A program made the translations under genes and the position numbers. Under the pieces are notes generated by a model that worked only from the letters and a program-made list of their open reading frames with translations, did not search any database and had not been told where the DNA came from. Shown piece after piece: positions 39,792 to 50,636 of a stretch of DNA of 64,000 nucleotides. Position 1 is the first letter of the stretch. The number at the start of each line of letters is the position of its first letter. Location of the stretch: assembly GCA_963836205.1 (NCBI GenBank), contig CAWIIV010000006.1, positions 320,001 to 384,000 on the forward strand, in the 5' to 3' direction. The DNA comes from an uncultured Acidimicrobiia bacterium. GTDB lineage: Bacteria; Actinomycetota; Acidimicrobiia; Acidimicrobiales; AC-14.

Positions 39792-41078
39792 TCACCCTAC
39801 AAACGGAGGCTCACGTTCCATCTCCTTGTGCACCTTTCGAAGCACCAAATGCGAACCCAGAAGCAGGACGGGCTCTCTCGCCACAGCGCCCCACGCCGCG
39901 CCGGCGAGACCGTAACGGTGGCTCAGGACGATCTGGGCCGACGCAGCCACCGCAAAGGCGCACGCGTAGATCTTCGTCGTCGCCGGCCCCCGGTCGATCG
40001 CGACGAGGATCGCCAGGCGCGGCCCGGTAACGGCGATCATGGGGAGCGACAGCGCCAGGATACGAACGGCGAGAGCGGTGTCCTGATACCGAGGACCGAG
40101 CACCACGTCGACCAACACGTCGGAACCGGCGAAGATGGCAACGGCACTCGGAAGGGCAATAAGGAGACCGAGCTTCGTCAGCTTGCGGTCGAGACGTCTC
40201 AAAGCCGCCGGGTCTCTGGCGTACGCGGCTGCAACTGGGACGGTCGCGGTGACCAGGACAAGTGGCAAGAGCCCGAAGACATCCTGGATACGGCTTGCCG
40301 GACCGTAGAGGCCCGCAATGAAAGACCCCGCTCCGAACCGAACGAGGTTCACATCGAACTTGTTGTACATGAGAATGAAGATGGTGTTCGCGGCAAAGGG
40401 CAGCGAAGCAATGAGCAGTGCCCTGCTTCGCGTCCATCGTCGATGCCGGAGAACCTGTCGCAGGGGCGCACTCCCGACCGCGACTCCCAGCGCGACGGTC
40501 GTGGCGACCTCACACGCGGCAAGCCCAATCCAGATCGTGGCCAGGCTGTCGATCGAGGTGACCGCGGTGTAGACGATCCAGGCGATCGACAACACACGGC
40601 CCAGGACCTCCGGGAGCGATGCCGCGAGATACCTGTGTTGACCTTGCAGGACACTGATGAGCAGCAGGCCGACGCCGAAGGCCAACGTGACCACGAGGGT
40701 CGTCAGGGTCAGCACCGTCGAGTCGGTGCGATCCCTGAGGATGGTGACCAACATGATGGCCATCAGCGCGACCGGCACTCCCAGGAGAGAGATGCGCGCC
40801 CAAAATGCGTCTGCCAGGGCAAGGGTGGGCGATCCACCGGCGGCGATGTCGCGTGTCACTCGAAGTCCTACGCCTGCGTCCCACAGCGCCACGCCCACCA
40901 GGGCGAACGCCTGCATCGACAGCAGCAGGCCGTAGTCGGTCACCGAGAGGGCCCGGACGGCGATCAGCGCGACGAGGACCGCGGAAACCTTGACCGAGAG
41001 GTGCAGCACGAAGGCGCCGACCGTCGACCGCCGCAGGCTTGCGACGCGCACGACGCTCTCGTCAGTCTCTATCTCCAC
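39792..41078 (-). CDS. wzx: Wzx-type flippase (second cluster)
   Basis: RALSVTDYG, DAGV...TRDIA, YNKFD...AGLY motifs, multiple TM helices. Start reassigned. Confidence 0.82.
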   Translation of the reverse strand: MEIETDESVVRVASLRRSTVGAFVLHLSVKVSAVLVALIAVRALSVTDYGLLLSMQAFALVGVALWDAGVGLRVTRDIAAGGSPTLALADAFWARISLLGVPVALMAIMLVTILRDRTDSTVLTLTTLVVTLAFGVGLLLISVLQGQHRYLAASLPEVLGRVLSIAWIVYTAVTSIDSLATIWIGLAACEVATTVALGVAVGSAPLRQVLRHRRWTRSRALLIASLPFAANTIFILMYNKFDVNLVRFGAGSFIAGLYGPASRIQDVFGLLPLVLVTATVPVAAAYARDPAALRRLDRKLTKLGLLIALPSAVAIFAGSDVLVDVVLGPRYQDTALAVRILALSLPMIAVTGPRLAILVAIDRGPATTKIYACAFAVAASAQIVLSHRYGLAGAAWGAVAREPVLLLGSHLVLRKVHKEMEREPPFVG

Positions 41079-41103
41079 GGAGACGGCACCAGGCTGATCG
41101 CGT

Positions 41104-42198
41104 TCACGACCTCGCAGTCGTCGCAACGGCTGCGAGCGGAGCCAGGGTCGTCTGCCACGAGTGCTTCTCGAGCCGATTCGATAGATCACTGGCGGAGGGC
41201 TCGCTCCAACCGGCGAGGGCCAGGCTGCAGATCTCCACCACCTCGACGTGCGACGATTGCGGGTCGAGTTCCAACAAGCCTTCGATGCCATACTCGCGTG
41301 AGAAGCCGTTGGCCGAGGCGACCACATCGCATCCGGCGACATACGCCTCGATGTCCACCAGGGAGGCGACCTCCACCCAGCTGGCCGAGGCGCTCACCTT
41401 TGTTCGCCGCAGCACTGCCTGCATCTCATCGGCGGCCAGTTGACCGACATAGCTGAGGTTGTCAGCGGCATCGATCACATCGAGAAGGCGGTGAGCGTAC
41501 CGCTGGTTCGCCCCCGCGATGTGGCCCGCGAAAACCACGGTCATCGATGTTCCAGCCAGCGCCCGAGCGAGATGGAGTTGGTTCTTCCGTTCCTCGATGC
41601 GACCGACCACTGCGATATCGATGTCCCTCGCTGACCCGGGGCTCCAGGGCCCGTCCGGCACTCCGTTCCTCACGAGCGTGCCATCGGGTGCAACCCCGAA
41701 GTCGCGCTCGATGTGGGTCCTTTCCCCCTCGGCGATGTAGACGACTCCGGCGGCACGTGCGAGCACTTCGGCGGCTTGGTCGACGAGCGGCTTCCGGCTG
41801 GCGAGGTGCCACTGCGCCCGCGAGACCGTCCTCGACCGGCCGACGTCGCGCGCTCGATCACGCATTCCCGGCGTGCGCAGGACCACGTTGGCAGCTCGCC
41901 ATGCCCCACTCCTGCCCTGTTCCTCGAACCGACCCAACCATTGCCACGGGTGATGGATCGGGACCGCGATATACGGGCATCCGTGGGCCGCGAGGTCCTG
42001 CCCATGTCGAATCCACTCGCTCATGAGGTCAAGATTGAAGATGAACGCCAGATCGCAGCTCCGTGTCTCAGGCCCAATGGTGTCGACCACGACAGAGTGA
42101 CCGTGCTGACTCAGCCAGTGAGCATAGGCAGATGCCTGGACGACATCTCCGCCAGGCTTCGTCTTGTGACTGGCCCGGACAATGAGGGCGAGCCTCAT
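41104..42198 (-). CDS. GT4 family glycosyltransferase
   Basis: PGGDVVQ, VRNGV, VGRIEERKNQ, SWVE...LVDIEA..AGC. Confidence 0.85.
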   Translation of the reverse strand: MRLALIVRASHKTKPGGDVVQASAYAHWLSQHGHSVVVDTIGPETRSCDLAFIFNLDLMSEWIRHGQDLAAHGCPYIAVPIHHPWQWLGRFEEQGRSGAWRAANVVLRTPGMRDRARDVGRSRTVSRAQWHLASRKPLVDQAAEVLARAAGVVYIAEGERTHIERDFGVAPDGTLVRNGVPDGPWSPGSARDIDIAVVGRIEERKNQLHLARALAGTSMTVVFAGHIAGANQRYAHRLLDVIDAADNLSYVGQLAADEMQAVLRRTKVSASASWVEVASLVDIEAYVAGCDVVASANGFSREYGIEGLLELDPQSSHVEVVEICSLALAGWSEPSASDLSNRLEKHSWQTTLAPLAAVATTARS

Positions 42199-43025
42199 TG
42201 CGAACCGAACAACGGCCGTGCATTGAGCCGAAGGGCCGATCGGGGATGTTTACGGACATATCGACCGAACGATTGCCAATGCCACCGGACCGGTTGGCGC
42301 CACAAGGCCCATTTCAGGTTGCTCGCGCGCTGGTAGTGATGGCTCATCACGATGGCAGGTGTGACCATGACGGGGAGCCCAGCCTGCCATGACCGAAGGC
42401 ACAGATCGACATCCTCGAAGTAGAGAAAGAACCGCTCGTCGAAGCCTCGAACAGCATCGAGGGCGTTTCGGCGTATGAGCATGGCCGCACCGATCCCCCA
42501 GTCGACGGGAAGCGGGATCTCCGTCGGGACGGGGGTTGAGCCTGCCGGCGAACGCCGGACGAGGCGCCCAACGAGCTCGACCAAGGACGGGAACGCCCGC
42601 GTGGTGAGCTGGGGCGATCCGTCGGGGTAGACGAGCGTCGGTAGGAGAATTCCGGCGCCAGAGGCATGCGCAGCCGCCTGTAGGTCCTCCACGCCTCCGA
42701 CCCGGAGTTCCACATCGGGATTCATGATGAAGACGTCGCGATCAGGGAAGCGGGCGATGCCGAGGTTGCACGCCTTCCCGAACCCGGTGTTGGTCGAAAG
42801 CTGGATGGTGACGACCGACTCGTAGGCGCGCGCGACCGCCACGGAATCGTCAGCCGACGCGTTGTCGACGACCACGACATCGAGCCCGCGTACCGCATCC
42901 AGCGCGGCGCGCAGTGTTCGTGACGAGTTGTAGGTCACGATGACGACTCCAGGCGGCCGATCCCCGGAAGGGACGGCATCCGCTTCCAAGTCAGTTCGCG
43001 GCTCCACTCCTCCCGTCTGAGGCAT
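42195..43025 (-). CDS. GT2 family glycosyltransferase (WbbL-like)
   Basis: VIVTYNS, VVDNASAD, NTGFGKACN, NPD, GFDERFFLYFEDVDLC. Confidence 0.9.
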   Translation of the reverse strand: MPQTGGVEPRTDLEADAVPSGDRPPGVVIVTYNSSRTLRAALDAVRGLDVVVVDNASADDSVAVARAYESVVTIQLSTNTGFGKACNLGIARFPDRDVFIMNPDVELRVGGVEDLQAAAHASGAGILLPTLVYPDGSPQLTTRAFPSLVELVGRLVRRSPAGSTPVPTEIPLPVDWGIGAAMLIRRNALDAVRGFDERFFLYFEDVDLCLRSWQAGLPVMVTPAIVMSHHYQRASNLKWALWRQPVRWHWQSFGRYVRKHPRSALRLNARPLFGSQ

Positions 43026-43041
43026 CTCCGATGTCGACGAG

Positions 43042-43848
43042 CTACGTCGGGCGCGGGTCAGGCGCGGCAAGTACGAGAAGCGAGAAGCCGCCCAACACCC
43101 GAGCGGTGAGATCCGGGGCGACGACCGAGCACAGCCGTCGCGGCCAGGCAGCAAGGCGTGATCTCCAGAGCCCACGTGGCAGTTCAACCGCACTGGCCGT
43201 GTAGCGAACGTCGCGGATCATGAATCCCGCCTCCTTCAGTGCAGCTAACGCAGTGCCCTTGGAGAAGTGGTGTATATGGCCGAGCTGCGCCCGTGACCGG
43301 AGCAGCGCCCGCTCCCGCAGAATTGCCAGGACCGACATCTCGAGCGGGATGTGGAACAGCTGGTGAGAGGCAACGTCGCGAACCGACCGAAGGAAGCCTG
43401 GATAGTCCTCGACATGCTCGAACACATCGAGGACGAGGGCCAGGTCGTAGCATTTCCGCTCGGCCAGGGCGGTCGCCACGCCGCCTTCCCGGACGTCGAC
43501 TTCAGGGTGCGCTTGGCGCGCCAGTGCGACCGCCTGGGGCGAGAGCTCGAACCCGACAGCCTCGCTCGGCCGAAGTCGAGGAGCGACGATGCTCAGCACA
43601 CCACCTGTTCCGCACCCGATGTCGCAGATCGTGTCGGTCCTGATCCCGACCTCAGAGAGCATGGCGAGGATCTTTTCGGCCTTCCACGCCGCGTCGGAGT
43701 CGTGCCACTCCGGGTTTGACTCCTCGTACTGGCCATCGAGGTACCGCGCCGCAGACTCGTCCGCGGGGATGACGTCGCTCAACTCCCGCTCCTCCTGCTG
43801 GGAAGCCGATTCTACTGGTCGGCTCCCTGTTGGTTGCGGAACACCCAT
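43042..43848 (-). CDS. class I SAM-dependent methyltransferase
   Basis: DIGCGTG, GFELS, DVFEHVED, GHIHHF. Confidence 0.85.
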   Translation of the reverse strand: MGVPQPTGSRPVESASQQEERELSDVIPADESAARYLDGQYEESNPEWHDSDAAWKAEKILAMLSEVGIRTDTICDIGCGTGGVLSIVAPRLRPSEAVGFELSPQAVALARQAHPEVDVREGGVATALAERKCYDLALVLDVFEHVEDYPGFLRSVRDVASHQLFHIPLEMSVLAILRERALLRSRAQLGHIHHFSKGTALAALKEAGFMIRDVRYTASAVELPRGLWRSRLAAWPRRLCSVVAPDLTARVLGGFSLLVLAAPDPRPT

Positions 43849-44633
43849 ACCTCCTGCCGGCCTGCAACCGCAGCGGGAGCGTCACTCGTGTGCCGCACTA
43901 CTTCGAGGCCGGGAGCAAGCGTGCCCAGCATGTACTTCGGGCTGTGGAAAGCGACGAAGCCACGTGACCCCTCCTTGACGTTGCCTCGACCTACGTATCC
44001 CCTGTGGTCGTATATGGCCTGCTCGTCGGGGAGAAGCATCGAATCCCGATACCAGTCTCCGTGGACGGTAAGCATGATCAGCCCATCGCGCCGGACGATT
44101 CGACGCAGTTCGCGCATCCAGGCCAAGCATCGCTCCTCCGAGAGGTGCGTCATCACCGAGATGCCGAAAACCAGATCGACATGTCCGTCGGGGATGTCGA
44201 GTGGAGGTTCGAGCTCGTTCAGGATCCAGGTCGTCCCGGGGAACTGTTCGCGACACCATGAAATCGAAGCCGCGTTGTAGTCGGCACCGATGGTGTCCTT
44301 CACGGAGGGTTCCCCCGCAAGGTGGCGAAGCGTTCGGGCGGGGCCGCACCCCCATTCGCACACGACCCAAGGAGTCACGGTAGATGCCGCGATGAGGTCG
44401 ACGAGGTACGCCGCGGTCTGCCGGCCATCGCTCCAATAACGCTCGAAGCTGACGTCACTGAACGCGTCGTACGCGAGCCACCTGGGAGGCATCGGCTCGG
44501 TGGGGTGATCTCGCCCAAAGGTTCGGTTCGCCCGATACGAGGCAACCGACTTAGCCAGAAAACGAATCCGCTCGAGGACGGCGAGGACCCTGACCGCTCG
44601 AACGATTCGGATGGCTCGCTGCTTCGTTCGCAC
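43812..44633 (-). CDS. class I SAM-dependent methyltransferase
   Basis: EWGCGPAR, GADYN, ISVMTHL, ELRRIVRRDG. Start uncertain because the long ORF extension overlaps wzy. Confidence 0.8.
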   Translation of the reverse strand: MRTKQRAIRIVRAVRVLAVLERIRFLAKSVASYRANRTFGRDHPTEPMPPRWLAYDAFSDVSFERYWSDGRQTAAYLVDLIAASTVTPWVVCEWGCGPARTLRHLAGEPSVKDTIGADYNAASISWCREQFPGTTWILNELEPPLDIPDGHVDLVFGISVMTHLSEERCLAWMRELRRIVRRDGLIMLTVHGDWYRDSMLLPDEQAIYDHRGYVGRGNVKEGSRGFVAFHSPKYMLGTLAPGLEVVRHTSDAPAAVAGRQEVWVFRNQQGADQ

Positions 44634-44822
44634 CAGGATGAATCTACCTTGACCGGTCTCGGCGATCTGCCCGTCGGTCCCCTGGGACGTCCGCACTGGG
44701 TGGCCGTTCGCCGACCCGCCGGGCCGCCCATGTACCCTTGCCCAGTACGATTGCCGGCCGAGGGCCGAAGGGTCCGACGTGTTTTGCGCGGGCACGTTCC
44801 ACGGGCGTTGACGGGAGGTGGC

Positions 44823-46193
44823 GTGAGTTCGAAAACCGGTGCCACCCTTGCGACGCTCTTGGGAGTGCTTTGCGGGGTAATGGTGACCGTGACGGATGCC
44901 GCCTTGTTGGGCTGGGTTATCACAACGACTGCGCTCCTCGCGCTCGGTTTCTTCCTCGTGATCCACCGTTCTTTGTCGATCACAAGCCCACCGATCGTCG
45001 TCGCATTGACCTATGTCATCGTCGCGTTCTCTGCTCCCTTGATTTTGCCACGGGTGAGTGACGCAGGGGGAGTCTCCGCGATACTTCGACTCTCCTCGAT
45101 CCACTCGCAGCGGACCACCCTGCTCTTTCTGCTGGCCGCTCTTAGCGTCCTCTTGGGTGCGACAGCGCACGAGCTCTCGACGACCCTTCAACCGGGTCGT
45201 GTCGTTCATACGAAGATCAGCGCGGCTTTGCGTTTTCCGTCAATTGTGCTGGGTTCGGCGGCGCTGCCGGTAGTGTTTCTCGTCGCCGGCATCGGGCCTG
45301 GTTTCATCATACAAAAAGACTTGTACTTGGGCATCGCGGGGAGTAGACAACTTGTAAGTCTAGGGACGGCATTCTCCCTCCCGGCTGTCGCGCTCGCATC
45401 TTGCATCCTGTTCTCCGGAACGAATCGCAGGGTTCGACACCAAGCCCGCCTGCTGTTGGTGGCGTACGGGATCGTCTTCTTTTCGCTCGCGTCGCGCCAG
45501 CTGGCCCTCCTGCCCCTCTTGATCCTCATCGGTTGGCTCTTATCTGACCGCACTGCAGTGCCGGCTTGGCCTCGGATAACCGCGGCGATGGTTGCCACAG
45601 TGATCCTGTTTTCAGTTCCGCTTACTCTCCGCCAACTCCCGAATCACGGCCTCCGCCCTTATACGACCTATGTCGTGGCAAATCCGGATCTTCTGATCTC
45701 CCCGAAACTCGGAGCCCTGTCCAACAATCTTTTGTTTTCCTATTCACTCGCCGGCCATGTGGCGTATACCGAGCTGCCAATTCGGCCGCGGATCTTCTGG
45801 TTGATGGTGAATCCTCTGCCCGGCCGGTATGCAGGATGGGAGAAGGTCCTGCCAACCCAAGGTGTCAACGCCTATACACCTTTCAACGCGTTAGGGCAGC
45901 TCGGGAACTTTGGCTGGATGTATCTGGTCGCTTATCTATCGGCAATCGGGTGGTACCTTGCTCATATTCGGAACGTGGTCGGTAGGCGTTTTCCGGCCGG
46001 GTGGCAGCCCGTGGCCAATACGGTGTGCACGGGTATTGCCGGGCTCTTCGCGGTGACGTCGCTCCAGTACAGCCTTCGGACTGCCTCCCGACTCATCTAC
46101 TATGTGATAGCTCTGGAGGTCTTCTTGCGGCTCGTAATCCTCCCCCTCCGCTCCGGCAGACGCGCCGCGCAACAGAGCGTCGTTATGCAGTGA
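44823..46193 (+). CDS. wzy: Wzy-like polymerase (second cluster)
   Basis: GGAGGT SD before GTG, roughly 10 TM helices, ASR motif, extracytoplasmic loop, NFGW. Confidence 0.6.
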   Translation: MSSKTGATLATLLGVLCGVMVTVTDAALLGWVITTTALLALGFFLVIHRSLSITSPPIVVALTYVIVAFSAPLILPRVSDAGGVSAILRLSSIHSQRTTLLFLLAALSVLLGATAHELSTTLQPGRVVHTKISAALRFPSIVLGSAALPVVFLVAGIGPGFIIQKDLYLGIAGSRQLVSLGTAFSLPAVALASCILFSGTNRRVRHQARLLLVAYGIVFFSLASRQLALLPLLILIGWLLSDRTAVPAWPRITAAMVATVILFSVPLTLRQLPNHGLRPYTTYVVANPDLLISPKLGALSNNLLFSYSLAGHVAYTELPIRPRIFWLMVNPLPGRYAGWEKVLPTQGVNAYTPFNALGQLGNFGWMYLVAYLSAIGWYLAHIRNVVGRRFPAGWQPVANTVCTGIAGLFAVTSLQYSLRTASRLIYYVIALEVFLRLVILPLRSGRRAAQQSVVMQ

Positions 46194-46264
46194 AGATGCG
46201 GTGCACGGCTGGTCTCATTGCAAAGAGTTTGGCAACGCCCAGTGCCCGTCACTTCGCGGCTGGG

Positions 46265-47791
46265 CTAGTACGCCCCATGGCGGCGGAGGACGGCCGTGAG
46301 GGTCTTGGCGATGATCGTGGCGTCCATCGACAGAGACCAATTCTCCACGTAATAGAGATCGAGGCGAACCGCTTCATCCCAGGGCAGCCCGGCCCGGCCT
46401 CCCACCTGCCACAGGCCGGTGATCCCGGGCTTGACGAGGAGTCGACGACGGACGTGGTGGTCGTACCGCTCCACCTCGCAGGGCAGGGGCGGACGAGGGC
46501 CGACAATCGACATATCGCCTCGCCCGACGTTCCACAGTTGGGGGAGCTCGTCGAGCGACCAGCGGCGTAGGAAGCGGCCGACACGGGTGACCCTCGGATC
46601 ATCCTGCATTTTGAAGAGAACACCGTCGTGCTCGTTGAGATGCTGGAGCTCGCCGAGCTGATCCTCGGCATCGACCCTCATGGTGCGGAACTTCCAGATC
46701 ATGAAGTGCCGGCCACCGAGCCCGACCCGCACCTGCCGGAACAACGCCGGTCCCCTGCTCGTGAGGCGCACGACCACGCCGATCAGCAGGAGGAACGGGA
46801 GGAGAACGACGATCCCGGCACCCGCGAGGAGGCGATCGAACGCGCCTTTGGCCAGCCGCCTGCGACCCTTGAGCTCCGGCTCCTCGACCAGCAGGAGGGG
46901 GATGTCGGACAGCGCCCGGATGGAAATGTGGGGACCGGTGACGTCGGTGAGGGCGGGCGCCACCATGAGATCGACCCCGGTGCCCTCCAACTGCCAGGCG
47001 AGTCGCCGCAGCGACCCGTTGGTGAAGGAATCGGTGTCGGCGATGGCGACCACGTCGGCCTGGGCCGCGACGACTGCCTCCAGGGTGAACTCCGGATTAC
47101 CCAGGACGGGAACCGGCCGACCCTCGACGTCGAAGGTGACCACCGGATCGGCCATGCAGGCGCCGATCACCGAGAGGCCACTGTCGCCGCCGGCGCGCAG
47201 CTGGATAATGAGATCCCGGCTTGCCTCCATTGACCCGACGACAAGGACTTTCTTGGTGAACCGCCCCGTCCGACGCATCCGGTGCAGCCACCGACGGAGC
47301 GCGTACCGCCCGGCCAGGGTGAGGAGCGTGGCCACGGGAATGGCGATGGCGACGAAGCCCCGCGCCACGTCGATCTTGAAGAGGAAGCCCATGAGGGACA
47401 CCACCAGCAAAAACCGGATCGCGGCGTCGAAGACCCGTCTGTACTCCTCGGTGCCCCATCCGTAGTAGCGGCGGTCGTAGGCGCCGCCGAGCGTCATCGT
47501 GATGACCCACACCGGGGCGGCGGCGAAGGCCACGCCGACGTAGGAGAGCACCACTCGCCCGGTCGACGTCGTACCGAGGTTGCCGAACCGAACCCACTGG
47601 GCGACGAAAGACCCCAGGATCACGGCCGCCGAGTCGAGCACGGCCAGGGCGCAGGCGTACGGGCGCCACCATGTGGAGGCCGACCGGGACCGGACAGCCG
47701 AGACCGGGCCGGCCGCCGTGCCGTGCTCCTGTCGTACTCGGGTGTCGCTGTCGAGCATCACCACGTCCGCCACCTTCGCGATGAGAGGCAC
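46265..47791 (-). CDS. priming polyprenyl glycosylphosphotransferase (WcaJ/WbaP family)
   Basis: K..FD, SRGPALFRQ.RVG, KFRTM, DDPRVTRVG, SLDELPQLWNV, VGPRP, KPGITGLWQV. Confidence 0.93.
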   Translation of the reverse strand: MPLIAKVADVVMLDSDTRVRQEHGTAAGPVSAVRSRSASTWWRPYACALAVLDSAAVILGSFVAQWVRFGNLGTTSTGRVVLSYVGVAFAAAPVWVITMTLGGAYDRRYYGWGTEEYRRVFDAAIRFLLVVSLMGFLFKIDVARGFVAIAIPVATLLTLAGRYALRRWLHRMRRTGRFTKKVLVVGSMEASRDLIIQLRAGGDSGLSVIGACMADPVVTFDVEGRPVPVLGNPEFTLEAVVAAQADVVAIADTDSFTNGSLRRLAWQLEGTGVDLMVAPALTDVTGPHISIRALSDIPLLLVEEPELKGRRRLAKGAFDRLLAGAGIVVLLPFLLLIGVVVRLTSRGPALFRQVRVGLGGRHFMIWKFRTMRVDAEDQLGELQHLNEHDGVLFKMQDDPRVTRVGRFLRRWSLDELPQLWNVGRGDMSIVGPRPPLPCEVERYDHHVRRRLLVKPGITGLWQVGGRAGLPWDEAVRLDLYYVENWSLSMDATIIAKTLTAVLRRHGAY

Positions 47792-48117
47792 CTGCTGGAT
47801 TGCCAGATCCTACCGGCCGATCCGGAAATCGCATTCCATACAGATGAACGGTCGACGGCGGCTGACAGGACGGCCGACGGCGTGGGAGCTACGCCGGTCC
47901 AGGAAGGTACTCCGCCGGGCCCTGCCTTCATGTCGGAATCGCCTTTCCCCAGCACCCTGCGCTACTGGCCAGGGCTCTCCGGTCCACCGAACCGTTGCCA
48001 CTCGACGCCACTGCGGCGCCCTTCCCCGGGCCTACCCCCTTCGCGAGGTCTGACACTCGGGTCTCGGAAAGCTGACTCTAGCCCCGGGCGGGGACGACGT
48101 CCGAGTAGGCGGTCGCG

Positions 48118-50223
48118 TCACTTGTCGGCGATGGCCCACGTTCCGATGAGGTCCTTGTCGAGGGACGCCTCCGCGGGCGGCGCAGCACCGGCCCAGCGCC
48201 ATCCCTCCGGCAGGTCGACGGTGAGCTTGAGGACGTCGCCCGTGTGGTCGGGGTGCCGCATCCACAGCAACGAGTAGGCCCGATCGCCGTCGGCGGTCGT
48301 CTCGACCATGTTGGGGACGTTCCACACGACCGTGACCGTGGTCTGGGACTGGGCCGAGACCGGGCGGAACCAACCTACCCCCGGATGACCACTCACCTCG
48401 ATCTCGGGGATCCCGAGCGGGTCGGAGCCCTTCCCAAGCTCCGCTCCCGCGGGCCCGTACATCGTGACGTACGTCGTGCTCTCGAGGTTCAGGCTCGACG
48501 GCGGTTCGGGATTGACGAGCGTGAGGACCGTCGTCACGTCCGCCGACCCGTCGGCGTTGAGCTCGACATGGTGGTCGTAGGTCCGCCGTAGCTCGCGGCC
48601 GTTCTTGTTTGCGTATTCGAACTCCGCCGGGAGCACGAAGTCGCCGGCTCGCGCGGGCACGGACCCGTCCCATCCCCGCTGGCCCAGGATCTCGGCCACT
48701 TCGGTGTCGGTCGACCAGACCATCGCCTCCCGGCCCGCGAAGGCCTGGCCCAGCACCTTGGCCAGTGCTTCCCACTTCGAGGCCTGGACACCGAAAAGCT
48801 TCGGCATGAGCTCCTTGGCCAGCTCGGCGATGAATTCCTTGCGGTCCTCGCCCGGCTCCGGCGGAAGCAGGTGGGTGTAGTAGTCGAGCCGCTCCACCAG
48901 GTTCTCAGCCGAGACCGTCTCACCGAAGGCTTCGACCCGGACCGGACCCACGACGCTCAAGATCCGACCCAGGAAGGCGGGCGTGAACGACACCACGCCC
49001 TGCACCGGCGCCTCGCCCCCCCGTTCCCACAACCGAGCCGCGAGCTGGGCCGCGAGGGTGAAGTCTGGCCCCGTGTTCACATTGGCGAGCGTCTGCGGCT
49101 TGCGGGTGTCGAACCGCAGCGGGCCGCCCCGCTCTTCCGGGGTGGCCACCGCCTCCGGGCGGGGCCGGAACCAGTTCTCGATGGCGTCGTAGCGCTCGAG
49201 CACCAACTTGCCACTTACTGCGCTGAGGACGCCGTAGGTGCCGATGTACCCGCCGGTGGGCCGCACTTCGTCGGGGTTCTGCGAAAGGACGAGGTAGGTC
49301 CGGGGGCCGTCCCCGCCGGCGAAGGTGATCAGGGAACTCAAGCCGTCGGCCGCATCCAACGCCCGCCGGCGGATTTCGGGCAGGCGGCCGGCCAAGTCGG
49401 ACCGAGCACGGCCCAGGGGGCGGAGGAGGAGCTTGCCGTCGAGCGAGTCGACCTTCGCCGCCGCCTCGTCGATGCTGTTCACGCCCAGTCGCAGCAGGCC
49501 CTGGACCTCGCGCAGCTGGGCCAGTGAGTCGGACAGCTCGAGTTGCTCCTGTTGGGGCTCGAGGATCGACGAGGCGGCGTCGGTGAGGCGCATCCCTGCG
49601 TCCGAGAGCAGGACGCCGGAGTCGGCCAGGGCCGCGACCCCTCGAACCTGCGTTCCGACAACGGGAACCCACCGGCTGAAGGGCAGCACCCGTTCGAGGA
49701 GGCGAACCTCCCGGCGGCTCTTGGCGAAGTCCGCCCTCGCCCGGACGAGGGTGCGGCCGGCCTCGTCGACGTTGCCGGCGTTGATCTGTTTCTCTGCCCG
49801 CTGCAGCGCAGCCTTGCCGGCGAAAGCGGCCCTCGCCGCCTTGGTCGCCTGGAACGCCCCGAAGCCGAGGACGCACACCCCCAGAACGCCGAGCACCATG
49901 TAGAGACGGTGCCGGCTCCTGTTTCCGGGCCCTCGCCGGGATCGGGAGGGATGCCGACGCCGTCTCACGAGGGGGCCAGGCTCGTCCGAATCGCGGTCTA
50001 CGACGGGCAAAGGACGCCTGATGTTGCCTTCTGACCTGCTCGAACGGGTCGAGGGCCGCCTCGAACGAGAATCGGGATCGTCGGGCGCATGCCGCCTAGC
50101 CTGGCCGTCTCCCGGACGGCTGTCCAGAAACTCCGCCGGAAGCGTTGCGCTCGCCGCGAACGCGGGTAGAGTTCCCGTCGACCGCACACCAGGGCCAGCA
50201 ACCGGTTGTTCACGGTTGTTCAC
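48118..50223 (-). CDS. DUF4012 domain-containing membrane protein
   Basis: Single TM, helical stalk, GPRTYLVLSQNPDEVRPTGGYIG signature, N..PDF. Typical of actinobacterial EPS loci. Confidence 0.85.
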   Translation of the reverse strand: MNNREQPVAGPGVRSTGTLPAFAASATLPAEFLDSRPGDGQARRHAPDDPDSRSRRPSTRSSRSEGNIRRPLPVVDRDSDEPGPLVRRRRHPSRSRRGPGNRSRHRLYMVLGVLGVCVLGFGAFQATKAARAAFAGKAALQRAEKQINAGNVDEAGRTLVRARADFAKSRREVRLLERVLPFSRWVPVVGTQVRGVAALADSGVLLSDAGMRLTDAASSILEPQQEQLELSDSLAQLREVQGLLRLGVNSIDEAAAKVDSLDGKLLLRPLGRARSDLAGRLPEIRRRALDAADGLSSLITFAGGDGPRTYLVLSQNPDEVRPTGGYIGTYGVLSAVSGKLVLERYDAIENWFRPRPEAVATPEERGGPLRFDTRKPQTLANVNTGPDFTLAAQLAARLWERGGEAPVQGVVSFTPAFLGRILSVVGPVRVEAFGETVSAENLVERLDYYTHLLPPEPGEDRKEFIAELAKELMPKLFGVQASKWEALAKVLGQAFAGREAMVWSTDTEVAEILGQRGWDGSVPARAGDFVLPAEFEYANKNGRELRRTYDHHVELNADGSADVTTVLTLVNPEPPSSLNLESTTYVTMYGPAGAELGKGSDPLGIPEIEVSGHPGVGWFRPVSAQSQTTVTVVWNVPNMVETTADGDRAYSLLWMRHPDHTGDVLKLTVDLPEGWRWAGAAPPAEASLDKDLIGTWAIADK

Positions 50224-50301
50224 GGAGAAAGTCGCTTCCGGCCTGGTGGACGGGTTAAGCTTCGACCGACACTTGGCGGCATTCGATAGATGGGAGACCC
50301 T

Positions 50302-50562
50302 ATGGCAAACGTCACCGGCGGCACGAGGAATCGCGGCCTCGTGAGGCGCGTAACCTCGCTGGGTGCAGCAGTGGCTACGGCGGTGACAATGCTGGTCGTC
50401 GTCAGCACTGGTGCAACAGCCAGCTCTGCGCAGATCAACTTCCAGGCGATCGTGTGCCCGATCCTTCTCGCGTTGCGAGCGGCGTTCGGCAACTTCTTCG
50501 GTCTCGGGGCAGTGTTTGACGGGTTGCTCGCTGCCTTCGGCTGCACCGTCCCCTCGGGTTAA
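50302..50562 (+). CDS. small secreted peptide (86-aa precursor) with hydrophobic two-Cys mature part
   Basis: GGGAG SD, signal peptide ending ASSA, mature QINFQAIVCPILLALRAAFGNFFGLGAVFDGLLAAFGCTVPSG. Confidence 0.7.
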   Translation: MANVTGGTRNRGLVRRVTSLGAAVATAVTMLVVVSTGATASSAQINFQAIVCPILLALRAAFGNFFGLGAVFDGLLAAFGCTVPSG

Positions 50563-50636
50563 GTAGCCCTCGGGCCTTCGCCAGCTCGTCCCGGGTTGGC
50601 GTCAAGCGCAGGGCCGTCCAAGGGCACAGAACGAAC

